In this document: piece after piece, positions 50,216-58,301 of the stretch | Numbering within the stretch: the stretch's first letter is position 1 | Layout of the letters: the number at the start of each line of letters is the position of its first letter | NCBI GenBank assembly: GCA_012799455.1 | Contig: JAAZLE010000008.1 | Coordinates: forward strand, 1 to 58,301 | Direction: 5' to 3' | Source: Clostridiales bacterium | GTDB taxonomy: Bacteria > Bacillota > Clostridia > Christensenellales > DTU072 | Length of the DNA stretch: 58,301 bases | Made by a program: the position numbers and the translations under genes | The notes under the pieces: model-generated | Seen by the model: the letters and a program-made list of their open reading frames with translations, nothing else | The model's database searches: none | What the model was told of the DNA's origin: nothing

Positions 50216-51553
50216 ATGACAAATATAATTTTGAAAGCATCCATTTTTAACATAGGCTGTAAGGTAAATCAAGTAGAGTGTGACTATATTTATGCATATC
50301 TTACTAAACAAGGTATTGTGTGCTGTTATGATTTAGTGGAAGATTCAGATTTATACATTGTTAATACTTGTGCTGTTACAAACGAAGCTGAAAGAAAATC
50401 CAGGCAAATTATATCAAGGATTCGAGCCGTTAACAGCGATGCTCCGATAGTAGTTATGGGTTGTGCTTCGGAATTAAATGTTGAATTTTATACGCGTCAA
50501 AAAGTATATGCGGTTTTGGGTGCGAGAAGGAAAACTTTAGTATTGGCAACTTTAGAAGATTTAATTAAAAATGATTCTACATTGTTTATATGCGAACATG
50601 GAAGAAAAGGTTTAAAAAAAGATGCTAAAACGTTTGCTGTATACGAAAGTTTTTTAACCCCACAAAAGTCTTATGATGAGTTTAATATAAGTCCTATGAC
50701 TAGTCGAAGCAGGGCATATATTAAGATACAAGACGGGTGTGATAATTTTTGTTCGTACTGTATTATCCCATATTTACGAGGTGGGTCTAGGTCTAGAACA
50801 ATCAATAACATTATGACCGAAGTGTCTGAAATTGCGCAAGAAGCAAAAGAAATTGTCATAACTGGCATAAATTTATCGAGTTTTGGAAAGGATAATAATA
50901 TGCGCCTAAGTGATTTGTTTAAGGAACTTTCAAAAGTCAACAGCAGAATTCGCATTGGATCTTTTTATGCTGAAGCAATAGATAATGAGTTATTAGATGT
51001 TTTAAAGGGGATGCCTAATTTTTGCGAACATTTTCATTTGTCTCTACAAAGCGGCAGTGATCGAATCCTAAAATTAATGAATAGACGATATACGGCAAAT
51101 AACTATATAGAAAAAGTAGCATTAGTTCGTCAATATTTTCCTCTCGCATCAATAACTACGGATATAATTATTGGTTATCCAGATGAAACTGATGAAGATT
51201 TTAATCAAACAATTGATTTAGTAAAAAATATTGAGTTTTCAGATCTCCATATTTTCCCTTTCTCTCCGCGTCCTTTGACAAAAGCTGGTCGTCTTCCACA
51301 ACTTCCACAAAGCATTATTGAAAAGCGCAAACAAATAATTACACAAGTAAAGAATCAGCTTAAATGTTTGTATTCGTACAAAATGTTAAACTACCCACAA
51401 AATGTTATTTTTGAACAGACACTTAATGATGGAATAAGTTATGGGTATTCAGAATACTATATCAAAGTTTATGCTAACACTAATGCTCTCCAGGGCAGGA
51501 TTCAGCCTTTGCAGGTATACAGAGATGGAATATTAGGTGTTTTAGATAAGTAA
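50216..51553 (+). CDS. mtaB: tRNA t6A37 methylthiotransferase (MtaB/MiaB family)
   Basis: GCKVNQ, NTCAVT, GC; radical-SAM CDNFCSYC, HLSLQSGSD, TDIIIGYP; synteny after rsmE. Confidence 0.87.
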   Translation: MTNIILKASIFNIGCKVNQVECDYIYAYLTKQGIVCCYDLVEDSDLYIVNTCAVTNEAERKSRQIISRIRAVNSDAPIVVMGCASELNVEFYTRQKVYAVLGARRKTLVLATLEDLIKNDSTLFICEHGRKGLKKDAKTFAVYESFLTPQKSYDEFNISPMTSRSRAYIKIQDGCDNFCSYCIIPYLRGGSRSRTINNIMTEVSEIAQEAKEIVITGINLSSFGKDNNMRLSDLFKELSKVNSRIRIGSFYAEAIDNELLDVLKGMPNFCEHFHLSLQSGSDRILKLMNRRYTANNYIEKVALVRQYFPLASITTDIIIGYPDETDEDFNQTIDLVKNIEFSDLHIFPFSPRPLTKAGRLPQLPQSIIEKRKQIITQVKNQLKCLYSYKMLNYPQNVIFEQTLNDGISYGYSEYYIKVYANTNALQGRIQPLQVYRDGILGVLDK

Positions 51554-51575
51554 TATTAATTATTAGGAGATAAAT

Positions 51576-51914
51576 ATGAATTGTATTTTTTGTAAAATTA
51601 TAAGTGAAGCAATACCAAGTGACAAAGTTTATGAGGATGAAAGAATGATTATTATAAAAGATATTAACCCCCAAACAAAGATTCATCTATTAATGATTCC
51701 CAAGTCCCACTATTCAAATATTGTCGAGATGACAGAAGCGCAAGCAGTTGAATTAGGACTATGCCTAAAGACAATAGGGGAAATAAGTAACTCACTGGGA
51801 TTAAAAGAAGGGTTTAGACTTGTATCAAACAAAGGAACAAATGGATGTCAATCTGTTGAGCATTTACATTTTCATATAATGGGTGGCGAGCTTTTATCGG
51901 AAAGGATGGGATAA
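51576..51914 (+). CDS. HIT-family nucleotide-binding protein (HinT-like)
   Basis: CIFCKII, DINPQ, QSVEHLHFHIMGG. Confidence 0.92.
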   Translation: MNCIFCKIISEAIPSDKVYEDERMIIIKDINPQTKIHLLMIPKSHYSNIVEMTEAQAVELGLCLKTIGEISNSLGLKEGFRLVSNKGTNGCQSVEHLHFHIMGGELLSERMG

Positions 51915-51981
51915 TTTAACTAATCGTTAATAGCAACAAGCGAAATGGTTTCTAAAAATAAAAGCGGTGTAGCCGTTATAT

Positions 51982-52012
51982 AACAAAAACCCCCTATAAA
52001 AGTAGGGGGTTT
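51982..52012 (-). terminator. Intrinsic terminator for rpsU
   Basis: AAACCCCCTA-taaaag-TAGGGGGTTT stem; T-tail (TTTTTGTT) on the minus strand. Confidence 0.8.
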
Positions 52013-52021
52013 GAGAAGGAT

Positions 52022-52198
52022 TTACTTATACATGCGTTTTCTGGCAGCTTCAGCTTTCTTTTTGCGTCTTACGCTAGGTTTTTCATAAGCTTCTTTACGA
52101 CGCAAATACCCTATTGTACCATCATTTGCACACTTCTTTTTCCAGCGCCTTATAGCGTTGTCTAGGGTTTCGTTATCTCTCACATAAACCGTTGTCAT
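52022..52198 (-). CDS. rpsU: 30S ribosomal protein S21
   Basis: [22 protein letters not shown]...[18 protein letters not shown] (58 aa); ATG 52198 with SD AAGGGGTGA. The track start at 52252 is too far upstream. Confidence 0.93.
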   Translation of the reverse strand: MTTVYVRDNETLDNAIRRWKKKCANDGTIGYLRRKEAYEKPSVRRKKKAEAARKRMYK

Positions 52199-52234
52199 AA
52201 AAATCACCCCCTTTTTATAGTGCATAACTTTTAT

Positions 52235-52263
52235 ATAATATTGAACTAACATATAATTGTCAA
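52235..52263 (-). promoter_or_regulatory. Sigma-A promoter for rpsU
   Basis: Minus strand TTGACA-17 nt-TATTAT. Confidence 0.75.
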
Positions 52264-52429
52264 GTTTTTTATAATTAATGTGTTAAGTTTATTATGTTAT
52301 ATTAAAACAGTATTTGGTATAGATGTATGTATGTTATTTATTTGAAAGTTAACGAACCTAGGAAAAAATAATTATTTTGCGTATAAGTATAATAGGATGT
52401 TTATTTGATTAATTTCTTCGGAGGACTTA

Positions 52430-54208
52430 ATGGCTACGTATTCTAGTAATTGGATAGATGAACTAAAAAACTCTGTAAACATTGTTCAAGTGATTGAACA
52501 ATATTTACCGTTAACTAAAAAAGGAAATAGATATTCAGCTTTGTGTCCGTTCCACACAGAAAAAACACCATCTTTTACGGTTGACGAAGAACACCAATAT
52601 TATAAATGCTTTGGATGTGGTAAGGCAGGAGATGTAATAGAGTTTGTAAAAGAAAAGGAAAAGCTTGAATTTTTAGATGCTGTCGAGTTCATTGCCAACA
52701 AGTTTAAGATTAAAATGCCAGAAAAGCAAGAGAGTGCTGAGATAACGGCGAGAAAGCGCGACTTAGAGAATATTTATGATGCAAATTTAATCGCAGCTAG
52801 GTTTTATCGTGATAATTTACAAAAACCTGCTGCAAAAACAGCATTGGAATATATGTATAACAGAGGATTTAGTGATGAAGTTATTGCAGCGTTTGGTGTG
52901 GGATGTTCTTTAGACTATGAAAGTTTATATAATCACTTAATTAGTAAGGGTATTAAAGAAGAAGTAATTTTAAAGGCGGCACTTGTTAACGAGAATAAAA
53001 AAGGTGACTTTCAGGCTAAGCGATTAGTTATCCCAATAATTGATGCCAAAGATAAGGTTATCGGCTTTAGTGGGCGCTCTTTGACTAGCGATATGAAGCC
53101 TAAATATAAAAACTCAAGAGAAACCTTAGCATTTATTAAGAATCAAACTTTATATAACATGAATACAATTAGACATCTACGAAAAGAAGAAGATGTTAAA
53201 TACTTAATTCTAGTTGAAGGCTATATGGATGTCATGGCGCTTTATGAGGTAGGTATAAAAAATGTAATAGCATCCATGGGAACGTCTCTTACTCAAAATC
53301 AATGTGTCGCCATTAGCAAGGTGGTTAAACAAGTTTATGTATGTTTTGATGGTGACGTCGCGGGTCAAGATGCTACACTACGCTCATTAGATTTATTGTC
53401 GTCGGAAGATGTTGATGTGAGAGTTATTAGCATCCCTGATGATATGGATCCCGATGATTATGTTAAAAATTATGGAGCGAGTTCTTTTGAGCAACTTCTC
53501 ATAAAAGCAGAGCCGGTTACACAATTTAAAATTCGCAAGTTAAAAGATAGTTTAGATTTTTCTACAATAGAAGGGAAACCTAAATTTGTCAAAGAAACCA
53601 TTCCAATATTAGTTAAGCTTGATAGCATAACTCAAAGTACTTACATAGATTATGTTTCACAATTATCAGGCGTATCGAAAGACATAATAATTAATGCGAT
53701 TTCTGAAAGTAAAGATAACAACTTGGTTAAAATTAATAAAGATATTTTTATAGCGAATAGAAAAAAAAGTGTTAGCGATTTTGATGTGGATAGAGGTAGG
53801 TTGGTGATAGCAGCATGGTTATTTGCCCAGTTTGATTTAAGCATAGATGAGTTTATCAGTGCAGATATGTTTAAGATTGAGGAACAAAAAATTATTGCTG
53901 GCAGATTTCTAGAAGAATATAGAAATAATAATAGGGTTATATTCAAAGAAATTTGGCCAAATGAAATAGAGGCAGATGAAATTAGAAATGAATTGAATAA
54001 AATATATGATAAAAAGGATGATTGGCAAAATGCATATGGTATCGATACTTATAAAGACGCAATACGTAGCTTAATGTTAGATTATTTACAAAACCTCAGC
54101 GATTTACTAGTCAGAAAAATTATTGAGACTGATAATGACGAGGAAAGGAATCTATATAAGGAGAAATTAACAAAAGTTTTGGAATATAAGACAAGTAGGG
54201 GGTTATAA
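52430..54208 (+). CDS. dnaG: DNA primase
   Basis: CHC2 finger [11 protein letters not shown]...CFGC, PKYKNS, TOPRIM VEGYMD, MGT, FDGDVAG, DPDD. Confidence 0.96.
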   Translation: MATYSSNWIDELKNSVNIVQVIEQYLPLTKKGNRYSALCPFHTEKTPSFTVDEEHQYYKCFGCGKAGDVIEFVKEKEKLEFLDAVEFIANKFKIKMPEKQESAEITARKRDLENIYDANLIAARFYRDNLQKPAAKTALEYMYNRGFSDEVIAAFGVGCSLDYESLYNHLISKGIKEEVILKAALVNENKKGDFQAKRLVIPIIDAKDKVIGFSGRSLTSDMKPKYKNSRETLAFIKNQTLYNMNTIRHLRKEEDVKYLILVEGYMDVMALYEVGIKNVIASMGTSLTQNQCVAISKVVKQVYVCFDGDVAGQDATLRSLDLLSSEDVDVRVISIPDDMDPDDYVKNYGASSFEQLLIKAEPVTQFKIRKLKDSLDFSTIEGKPKFVKETIPILVKLDSITQSTYIDYVSQLSGVSKDIIINAISESKDNNLVKINKDIFIANRKKSVSDFDVDRGRLVIAAWLFAQFDLSIDEFISADMFKIEEQKIIAGRFLEEYRNNNRVIFKEIWPNEIEADEIRNELNKIYDKKDDWQNAYGIDTYKDAIRSLMLDYLQNLSDLLVRKIIETDNDEERNLYKEKLTKVLEYKTSRGL

Positions 54209-54209
54209 A

Positions 54210-55283
54210 ATGTCAAAAAATATGGAACAAATAATTGAAAATGTAAAAACCAAGATTGTTAAAAAGTTTAAAACAAAAGGGGCTGTCGAGGTAGCTCAGA
54301 TTGAAGAATTAATAGGCAAAGAGGTTTTTACAGCAGATGATATGGAAGTGCTATATGCTGCCATTGAAGTTGAAGGAATTAAGATTATAGAAGCAGACGA
54401 TGATCCAGAAGAAAGAGCTGCTATGTATGATAAAATTTCTAAAGAAATTAATGCTAGAGACAGTGTGAAAATGTACCTAAAAGACATAGGCAGGGTTCCG
54501 CTATTAACGCCTGAAGAAGAGAGAACAATTGCAAGAAAAGTTGCCGAAGGAGATCAGGAAGCAAGAGATGCACTAATTACAGCAAATTTACGATTAGTAG
54601 TAAGCATAGCTAAACGATACACTGGGAGAGGTATGTCATTTTTAGATTTAATACAGGAAGGCAATCTTGGGTTACTAAAAGCAGTTGAAAAGTTTGACCA
54701 TGAAAAAGGATTTAAGTTTTCTACATATGCTACTTGGTGGATTAGACAGGCGATAACCAGATCTATTGCGGATCAAGCAAGAACAATAAGAATTCCTGTT
54801 CATATGGTGGAGACTATAAATAAATTATCAAAGATTCAAAGAAATTTGCTTCAAGAGCTCGGTAGGGAACCAACTATTGCGGAAATTGCTGAGGAAATGC
54901 AAATCCCAGAAAGTAAAGTAATAGAGATTCAACAGGTTGCTCAAGAACCAGTATCTCTCGAAACACCGATAGGAGAAGAAGACGATAGTCATCTAGGCGA
55001 GTTTATTGAAGATACAAGTGCTGTATCGCCTATTGAAGTAGCTGAAATAAATATGTTAAAAGAAGAGCTAAATAAAGTACTTGAAACGTTGAGCCCCAGA
55101 GAAGCGATGGTTTTGATTCTTAGGTTTGGATTAAGAGATAAAAACCCGCGAACCTTAGAAGAAGTGGGTAAGGTTTTTAATGTTACTAGAGAACGGATAA
55201 GGCAAATCGAAGCGAAAGCTCTCAGGCGATTAAAAAACCCTACGCGTTCCAAGAAGTTAAGGGATTTCTTAGAGAGGTCGTGA
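54210..55283 (+). CDS. sigA: Primary sigma factor SigA
   Basis: [48 protein letters not shown]...[10 protein letters not shown]. Confidence 0.97.
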   Translation: MSKNMEQIIENVKTKIVKKFKTKGAVEVAQIEELIGKEVFTADDMEVLYAAIEVEGIKIIEADDDPEERAAMYDKISKEINARDSVKMYLKDIGRVPLLTPEEERTIARKVAEGDQEARDALITANLRLVVSIAKRYTGRGMSFLDLIQEGNLGLLKAVEKFDHEKGFKFSTYATWWIRQAITRSIADQARTIRIPVHMVETINKLSKIQRNLLQELGREPTIAEIAEEMQIPESKVIEIQQVAQEPVSLETPIGEEDDSHLGEFIEDTSAVSPIEVAEINMLKEELNKVLETLSPREAMVLILRFGLRDKNPRTLEEVGKVFNVTRERIRQIEAKALRRLKNPTRSKKLRDFLERS

Positions 55284-55284
55284 T

Positions 55285-56076
55285 ATGAATTATGGTAAAG
55301 AGCGAATAGCAGATATTATAAAATTAGTAGAAGAGTTTGCACCTCCGGCTCTTTTGAAAGAAGGAATCTACGATAACATAGGGTTGATTTATGGTTCTCC
55401 TGAAGAAGAAGTCACAGGTATTCTCATAACACTGGACTTAACTCCAGAAATAGCATTAGAAGCTGTTAAAAAGAAGTGTAATTTAATAATAGAGCATCAC
55501 CCAACAATCTTTTATCCTATAAAAAATATCGACAGCCGCACTCCTCTGGGTCAGGTTTTGGATGTATGTGTAAAAAATTGTATTTCAATATATGCTGCGC
55601 ATACTAATGTTGACTTTACAGACGGTGGATTAAATGATAAATTTGCAGAATTGCTAGGTTGCGAGAATATTATTAAGCTGGATAGCAAAGACCCATCTTC
55701 GCCTAGAATAGGCACTTTAAAAAATGCTAAAACGTTAAAGGAGCTAGCTCAACAAATTTCGGTGCGCTTCAACGATGGTACGGTTTTTTTTGTTGGAGAT
55801 CCAAATAAAATTATTAATAAAATTGCTTGTGTCAATGGAGCAGGCGCCAGCGATATAATTGTTGATAAAGTATTTAAAGCTGGAATAGATGTGTTTGTGA
55901 GTTCCGAGTTTAAACACCATCAACTAAGATTGGCAAATGATAGTAAATGTGCTATAATTTCCCTTAGTCATTTTAGTAGTGAAATACATTTTTTAGAACT
56001 AATATATACAATATTAATTGAGAAGGATGTCAAGTGTCCAGTTTATATGTCTACTAAATGTAATAGCCCAGCATAA
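55285..56076 (+). CDS. Nif3-like dinuclear metal-centre protein
   Basis: YDNIGL, EHHP, AAHTNVD, SSEFKHH, LSHFSSE. Confidence 0.88.
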   Translation: MNYGKERIADIIKLVEEFAPPALLKEGIYDNIGLIYGSPEEEVTGILITLDLTPEIALEAVKKKCNLIIEHHPTIFYPIKNIDSRTPLGQVLDVCVKNCISIYAAHTNVDFTDGGLNDKFAELLGCENIIKLDSKDPSSPRIGTLKNAKTLKELAQQISVRFNDGTVFFVGDPNKIINKIACVNGAGASDIIVDKVFKAGIDVFVSSEFKHHQLRLANDSKCAIISLSHFSSEIHFLELIYTILIEKDVKCPVYMSTKCNSPA

Positions 56077-56090
56077 GGAGAAACAAACGG

Positions 56091-56792
56091 ATGAATATTG
56101 AAAAGTTATTAGAGTATCAAACAGAGGATCAAAAAATAATGTCTATAGAAGAAGAGATAAGACTCAGCCAACTGTCGAAGGATGTTCGTAAAATATATGA
56201 AATGGTTAATCTTCTCTATGAAAAAGGCAAAGAATCTGAAAAAAAACTAAATGAAATAAAAGGGATAGATGATTCATTCAAAAATGTGTTATTGGATTTA
56301 AATGAAAAAATTAGTTTTTTACGAGAAGAAATTGGTCGTTGCGAAACACTAGATCAATTATCTCCAGTCGAAAAAGAAATCAATGAAATTAATCAAAGCA
56401 CTTATAAACTTGAAAATAAAATTAAAGAAATAGAAATGCTTGAAGATATAGCAAGGAAACACAACGCTATTATAGCGAAATGGAAACAAGCTTATGTTAT
56501 GTTTAATCAAAAAAAGAATGAGTTTGATGCGTATGCAACTACTATGAGAGATTCAAGAATTGCCCCGATTAGAAAAAGAATGGCAGAAATTGAAAAGGAG
56601 CTGTCTCCTGCAGAACTTGAAAATTATAAGAAAACCAAGACAAATGTTAAAAACGCTCCCTTTATTTGTGAGTATGTAGAAGGATATTGTAGCGGATGCC
56701 ATAAGGATGTTGAAGCAGAAGTAGGGCGAAAACTAAGGCCAGATGTAACAATAAATTGTCCTGAATGTCAAAGAATATTATATGTACGATAA
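56091..56792 (+). CDS. Coiled-coil protein with C-terminal C4 Zn ribbon (DUF164-like)
   Basis: LLEYQ..D, long coiled coil, CSGC...CPECQRILY; usual neighbour of nif3. Confidence 0.78.
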   Translation: MNIEKLLEYQTEDQKIMSIEEEIRLSQLSKDVRKIYEMVNLLYEKGKESEKKLNEIKGIDDSFKNVLLDLNEKISFLREEIGRCETLDQLSPVEKEINEINQSTYKLENKIKEIEMLEDIARKHNAIIAKWKQAYVMFNQKKNEFDAYATTMRDSRIAPIRKRMAEIEKELSPAELENYKKTKTNVKNAPFICEYVEGYCSGCHKDVEAEVGRKLRPDVTINCPECQRILYVR

Positions 56793-56811
56793 AATATGAG
56801 AGAGGAAAAAT

Positions 56812-58002
56812 ATGGCTAAGATTAATTCAAACTATAACAAACTAAAAACAAACTATTTATTTTCAGATATTGCAAGAAAAATAAGTGAATATAAGCTCGC
56901 TTTTCCCGAAAAAGAAATTATTAGGATGGGAATTGGGGATGTAACATTACCGTTAGTTCAACCAGTGGTAGATGCTTTGGTAAAAGCTTCGACCGAAATG
57001 GGCAATAAAGCAACCTTTAGGGGGTATGGAGACGAGCAGGGTTATGCGTTCCTTCAAGAAGTTATTAAAGAATACTACGAAGAAAACTGTAAAGTTAGGC
57101 TAAGCACCAATGAAATTTTTATTAGCGATGGTGCAAAGAGCGATATTGCGAATTTTACAGAGTTGTTTTCAAATGATAATACCATTATTATTCCGGATCC
57201 AGTATACCCTGTTTATTTAGATAGCAATTTAATGTTTGGAAGAAAAATATTATTTATTAATGGAAATGAAGAAAATGGTTTTTTACCTTTACCAGATAAA
57301 AACACCAAAGGTGATATTGTTTATCTGTGCTCCCCTAATAACCCAACAGGAGCGGTTTATAATTATGCAGAACTTCAAACTTGGGTTGAATTTGCGCTAA
57401 ATAATAATATGATTATATTTTTTGATAGTGCATATGAAGCTTTTGTTTCCGATAAAGGGTTGCCACGATCAATATATGAAATTGAAGGAGCAAATAAATG
57501 TGCTGTTGAGTTTTGTTCATTGAGTAAAACTGCTGGGTTTACAGGAACACGATGTGGGTATACTATTGTTCCAGAAGATATAATTATTGACGATAATTAT
57601 TCATTGAATAAAATGTGGCTAAGAAGACAGACAACTAAATTTAATGGGACATCATATATAGTGCAAAGGGGTGCTGAAGCAGTTTTTTCAAAAGAAGGGA
57701 TTGCCGCTTGTAAAGAAAACATCAAATATTATATGAACAATGCAAAAATAATTGCAAAAACATTAGAAGAGAGTAATGTTTGGTTCACGGGAGGAATTAA
57801 CTCGCCTTATATTTGGTTAAAATGCGGAATGGACAGTTGGGAGTTTTTCGATCTACTACTTAAAAAGGCACAAATTGTAGGTACCCCCGGAAGTGGGTTT
57901 GGAAAGTGTGGAGAGGGCTTTTTCCGTCTGACTTCGTTCAATACCCGAGAAAATACCGTTGAAGCAATGCGTAGATTTAAAGAATTTTTAAGAGAATTAT
58001 AA
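56812..58002 (+). CDS. dapL: LL-diaminopimelate aminotransferase
   Basis: GIGDVT, GYGDEQG, SDGAKSD, DPVYPVY, CSPNNPTG, DSAY, SLSKTAGFTGTRCG, GTPGSGFG. Confidence 0.93.
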   Translation: MAKINSNYNKLKTNYLFSDIARKISEYKLAFPEKEIIRMGIGDVTLPLVQPVVDALVKASTEMGNKATFRGYGDEQGYAFLQEVIKEYYEENCKVRLSTNEIFISDGAKSDIANFTELFSNDNTIIIPDPVYPVYLDSNLMFGRKILFINGNEENGFLPLPDKNTKGDIVYLCSPNNPTGAVYNYAELQTWVEFALNNNMIIFFDSAYEAFVSDKGLPRSIYEIEGANKCAVEFCSLSKTAGFTGTRCGYTIVPEDIIIDDNYSLNKMWLRRQTTKFNGTSYIVQRGAEAVFSKEGIAACKENIKYYMNNAKIIAKTLEESNVWFTGGINSPYIWLKCGMDSWEFFDLLLKKAQIVGTPGSGFGKCGEGFFRLTSFNTRENTVEAMRRFKEFLREL

Positions 58003-58020
58003 TACTTTAGCTAACTGACG

Positions 58021-58056
58021 AAAATGCGAAGCGATATAATCTTCGCATTTTTTATT
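58021..58056 (+). terminator. Intrinsic terminator after dapL
   Basis: AAAATGCGAAG-9 nt-CTTCGCATTTT plus further T residues. Confidence 0.85.
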
Positions 58057-58142
58057 ATACAACATAGATAATGAAGAATAGTTATAACTAGTAAATAAAT
58101 TCTGTCTTACCTTTAAGCTGACTATACCGTATGTGCTTTTTA

Positions 58143-58151
58143 TGATATAAT
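58143..58151 (+). promoter_or_regulatory. Extended -10 element for the final gene
   Basis: TG-A-TATAAT about 35 nt before the ATG. Confidence 0.45.
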
Positions 58152-58186
58152 TACAATTAATTGAGATTAGATGTGAGGAGATAACT

Positions 58187-58301
58187 ATGAAAGATTTTTG
58201 GCGCCAACCCCATATTTATAACATTAATGCAATTGATAGATATGCTTCAGGTTTTCCATATGATGAAAACAATAACAAAAAGGTCATCAACTTAAATGGG
58301 G
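58187..58301 (+). CDS. 5' end of a probable GH2 beta-galactosidase (runs off the window)
   Basis: SD GAGGAG; MKDFWRQPHIYNINAIDRYASGFPY...VINLNG resembles the LacZ-type N-terminus (W..P.I..IN ... SLNG.W). Only 38 codons are visible. Confidence 0.55.
   Translation, partial: MKDFWRQPHIYNINAIDRYASGFPYDENNNKKVINLNG

Noticed and set aside
1-58301. CRISPR arrays, tRNA/rRNA genes, IS or prophage elements, recoded stop codons
   Set aside because: No repeat-spacer arrays, cloverleafs, transposases or integrases were seen; intergenic gaps are short; composition looks uniform; TGA acts as a normal stop.

Overview
An AT-rich (roughly one-third GC by eye, uniform) core-chromosome segment from a Clostridia-like Bacillota genome; the taxonomy is inferred from gene content and synteny. 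It holds about 55 CDS, all on the + strand except tmcAL and rpsU. In order: an aconitase-family hydratase (partial); a PaaK-IorAB-PaaK-ACT aryl-acid module; 5-FTHF cyclo-ligase; an in-frame RsmD-CoaD fusion; tmcAL; pta-ackA; rpmF-plsX-rnc-smc-ftsY-ylxM-ffh; rpsP-khpA-rimM-trmD-rbgA-rnhB-rplS; a 790-codon lipoprotein/GT-C-like membrane protein; topA-trmFO-hslVU; hisS-aspS; rseC-like, thioredoxin, glyA, iscS-iscU; lepA-hemW and the CIRCE-controlled hrcA-grpE-dnaK-dnaJ-prmA-rsmE-mtaB-HIT cluster; an inverted rpsU; dnaG-sigA-nif3-Zn-ribbon-dapL; and the start of a probable GH2 beta-galactosidase. I saw no rRNA, tRNA, CRISPR array, transposase or prophage. The best leads are the lipid-anchored polytopic GT-C-like protein with apparently degenerate catalytic motifs, the RsmD-CoaD fusion, the inverted self-contained rpsU cassette, the two diverged aryl-CoA ligases around IorAB, atypical SAM-pocket residues in TrmD, and the repeated absence of usual syntenic neighbours (yceD, acpP, lepB, dprA, xerC, codY, iscR, mnmA, yqeY, trmK). 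All family assignments come from motif recognition, not database searches.
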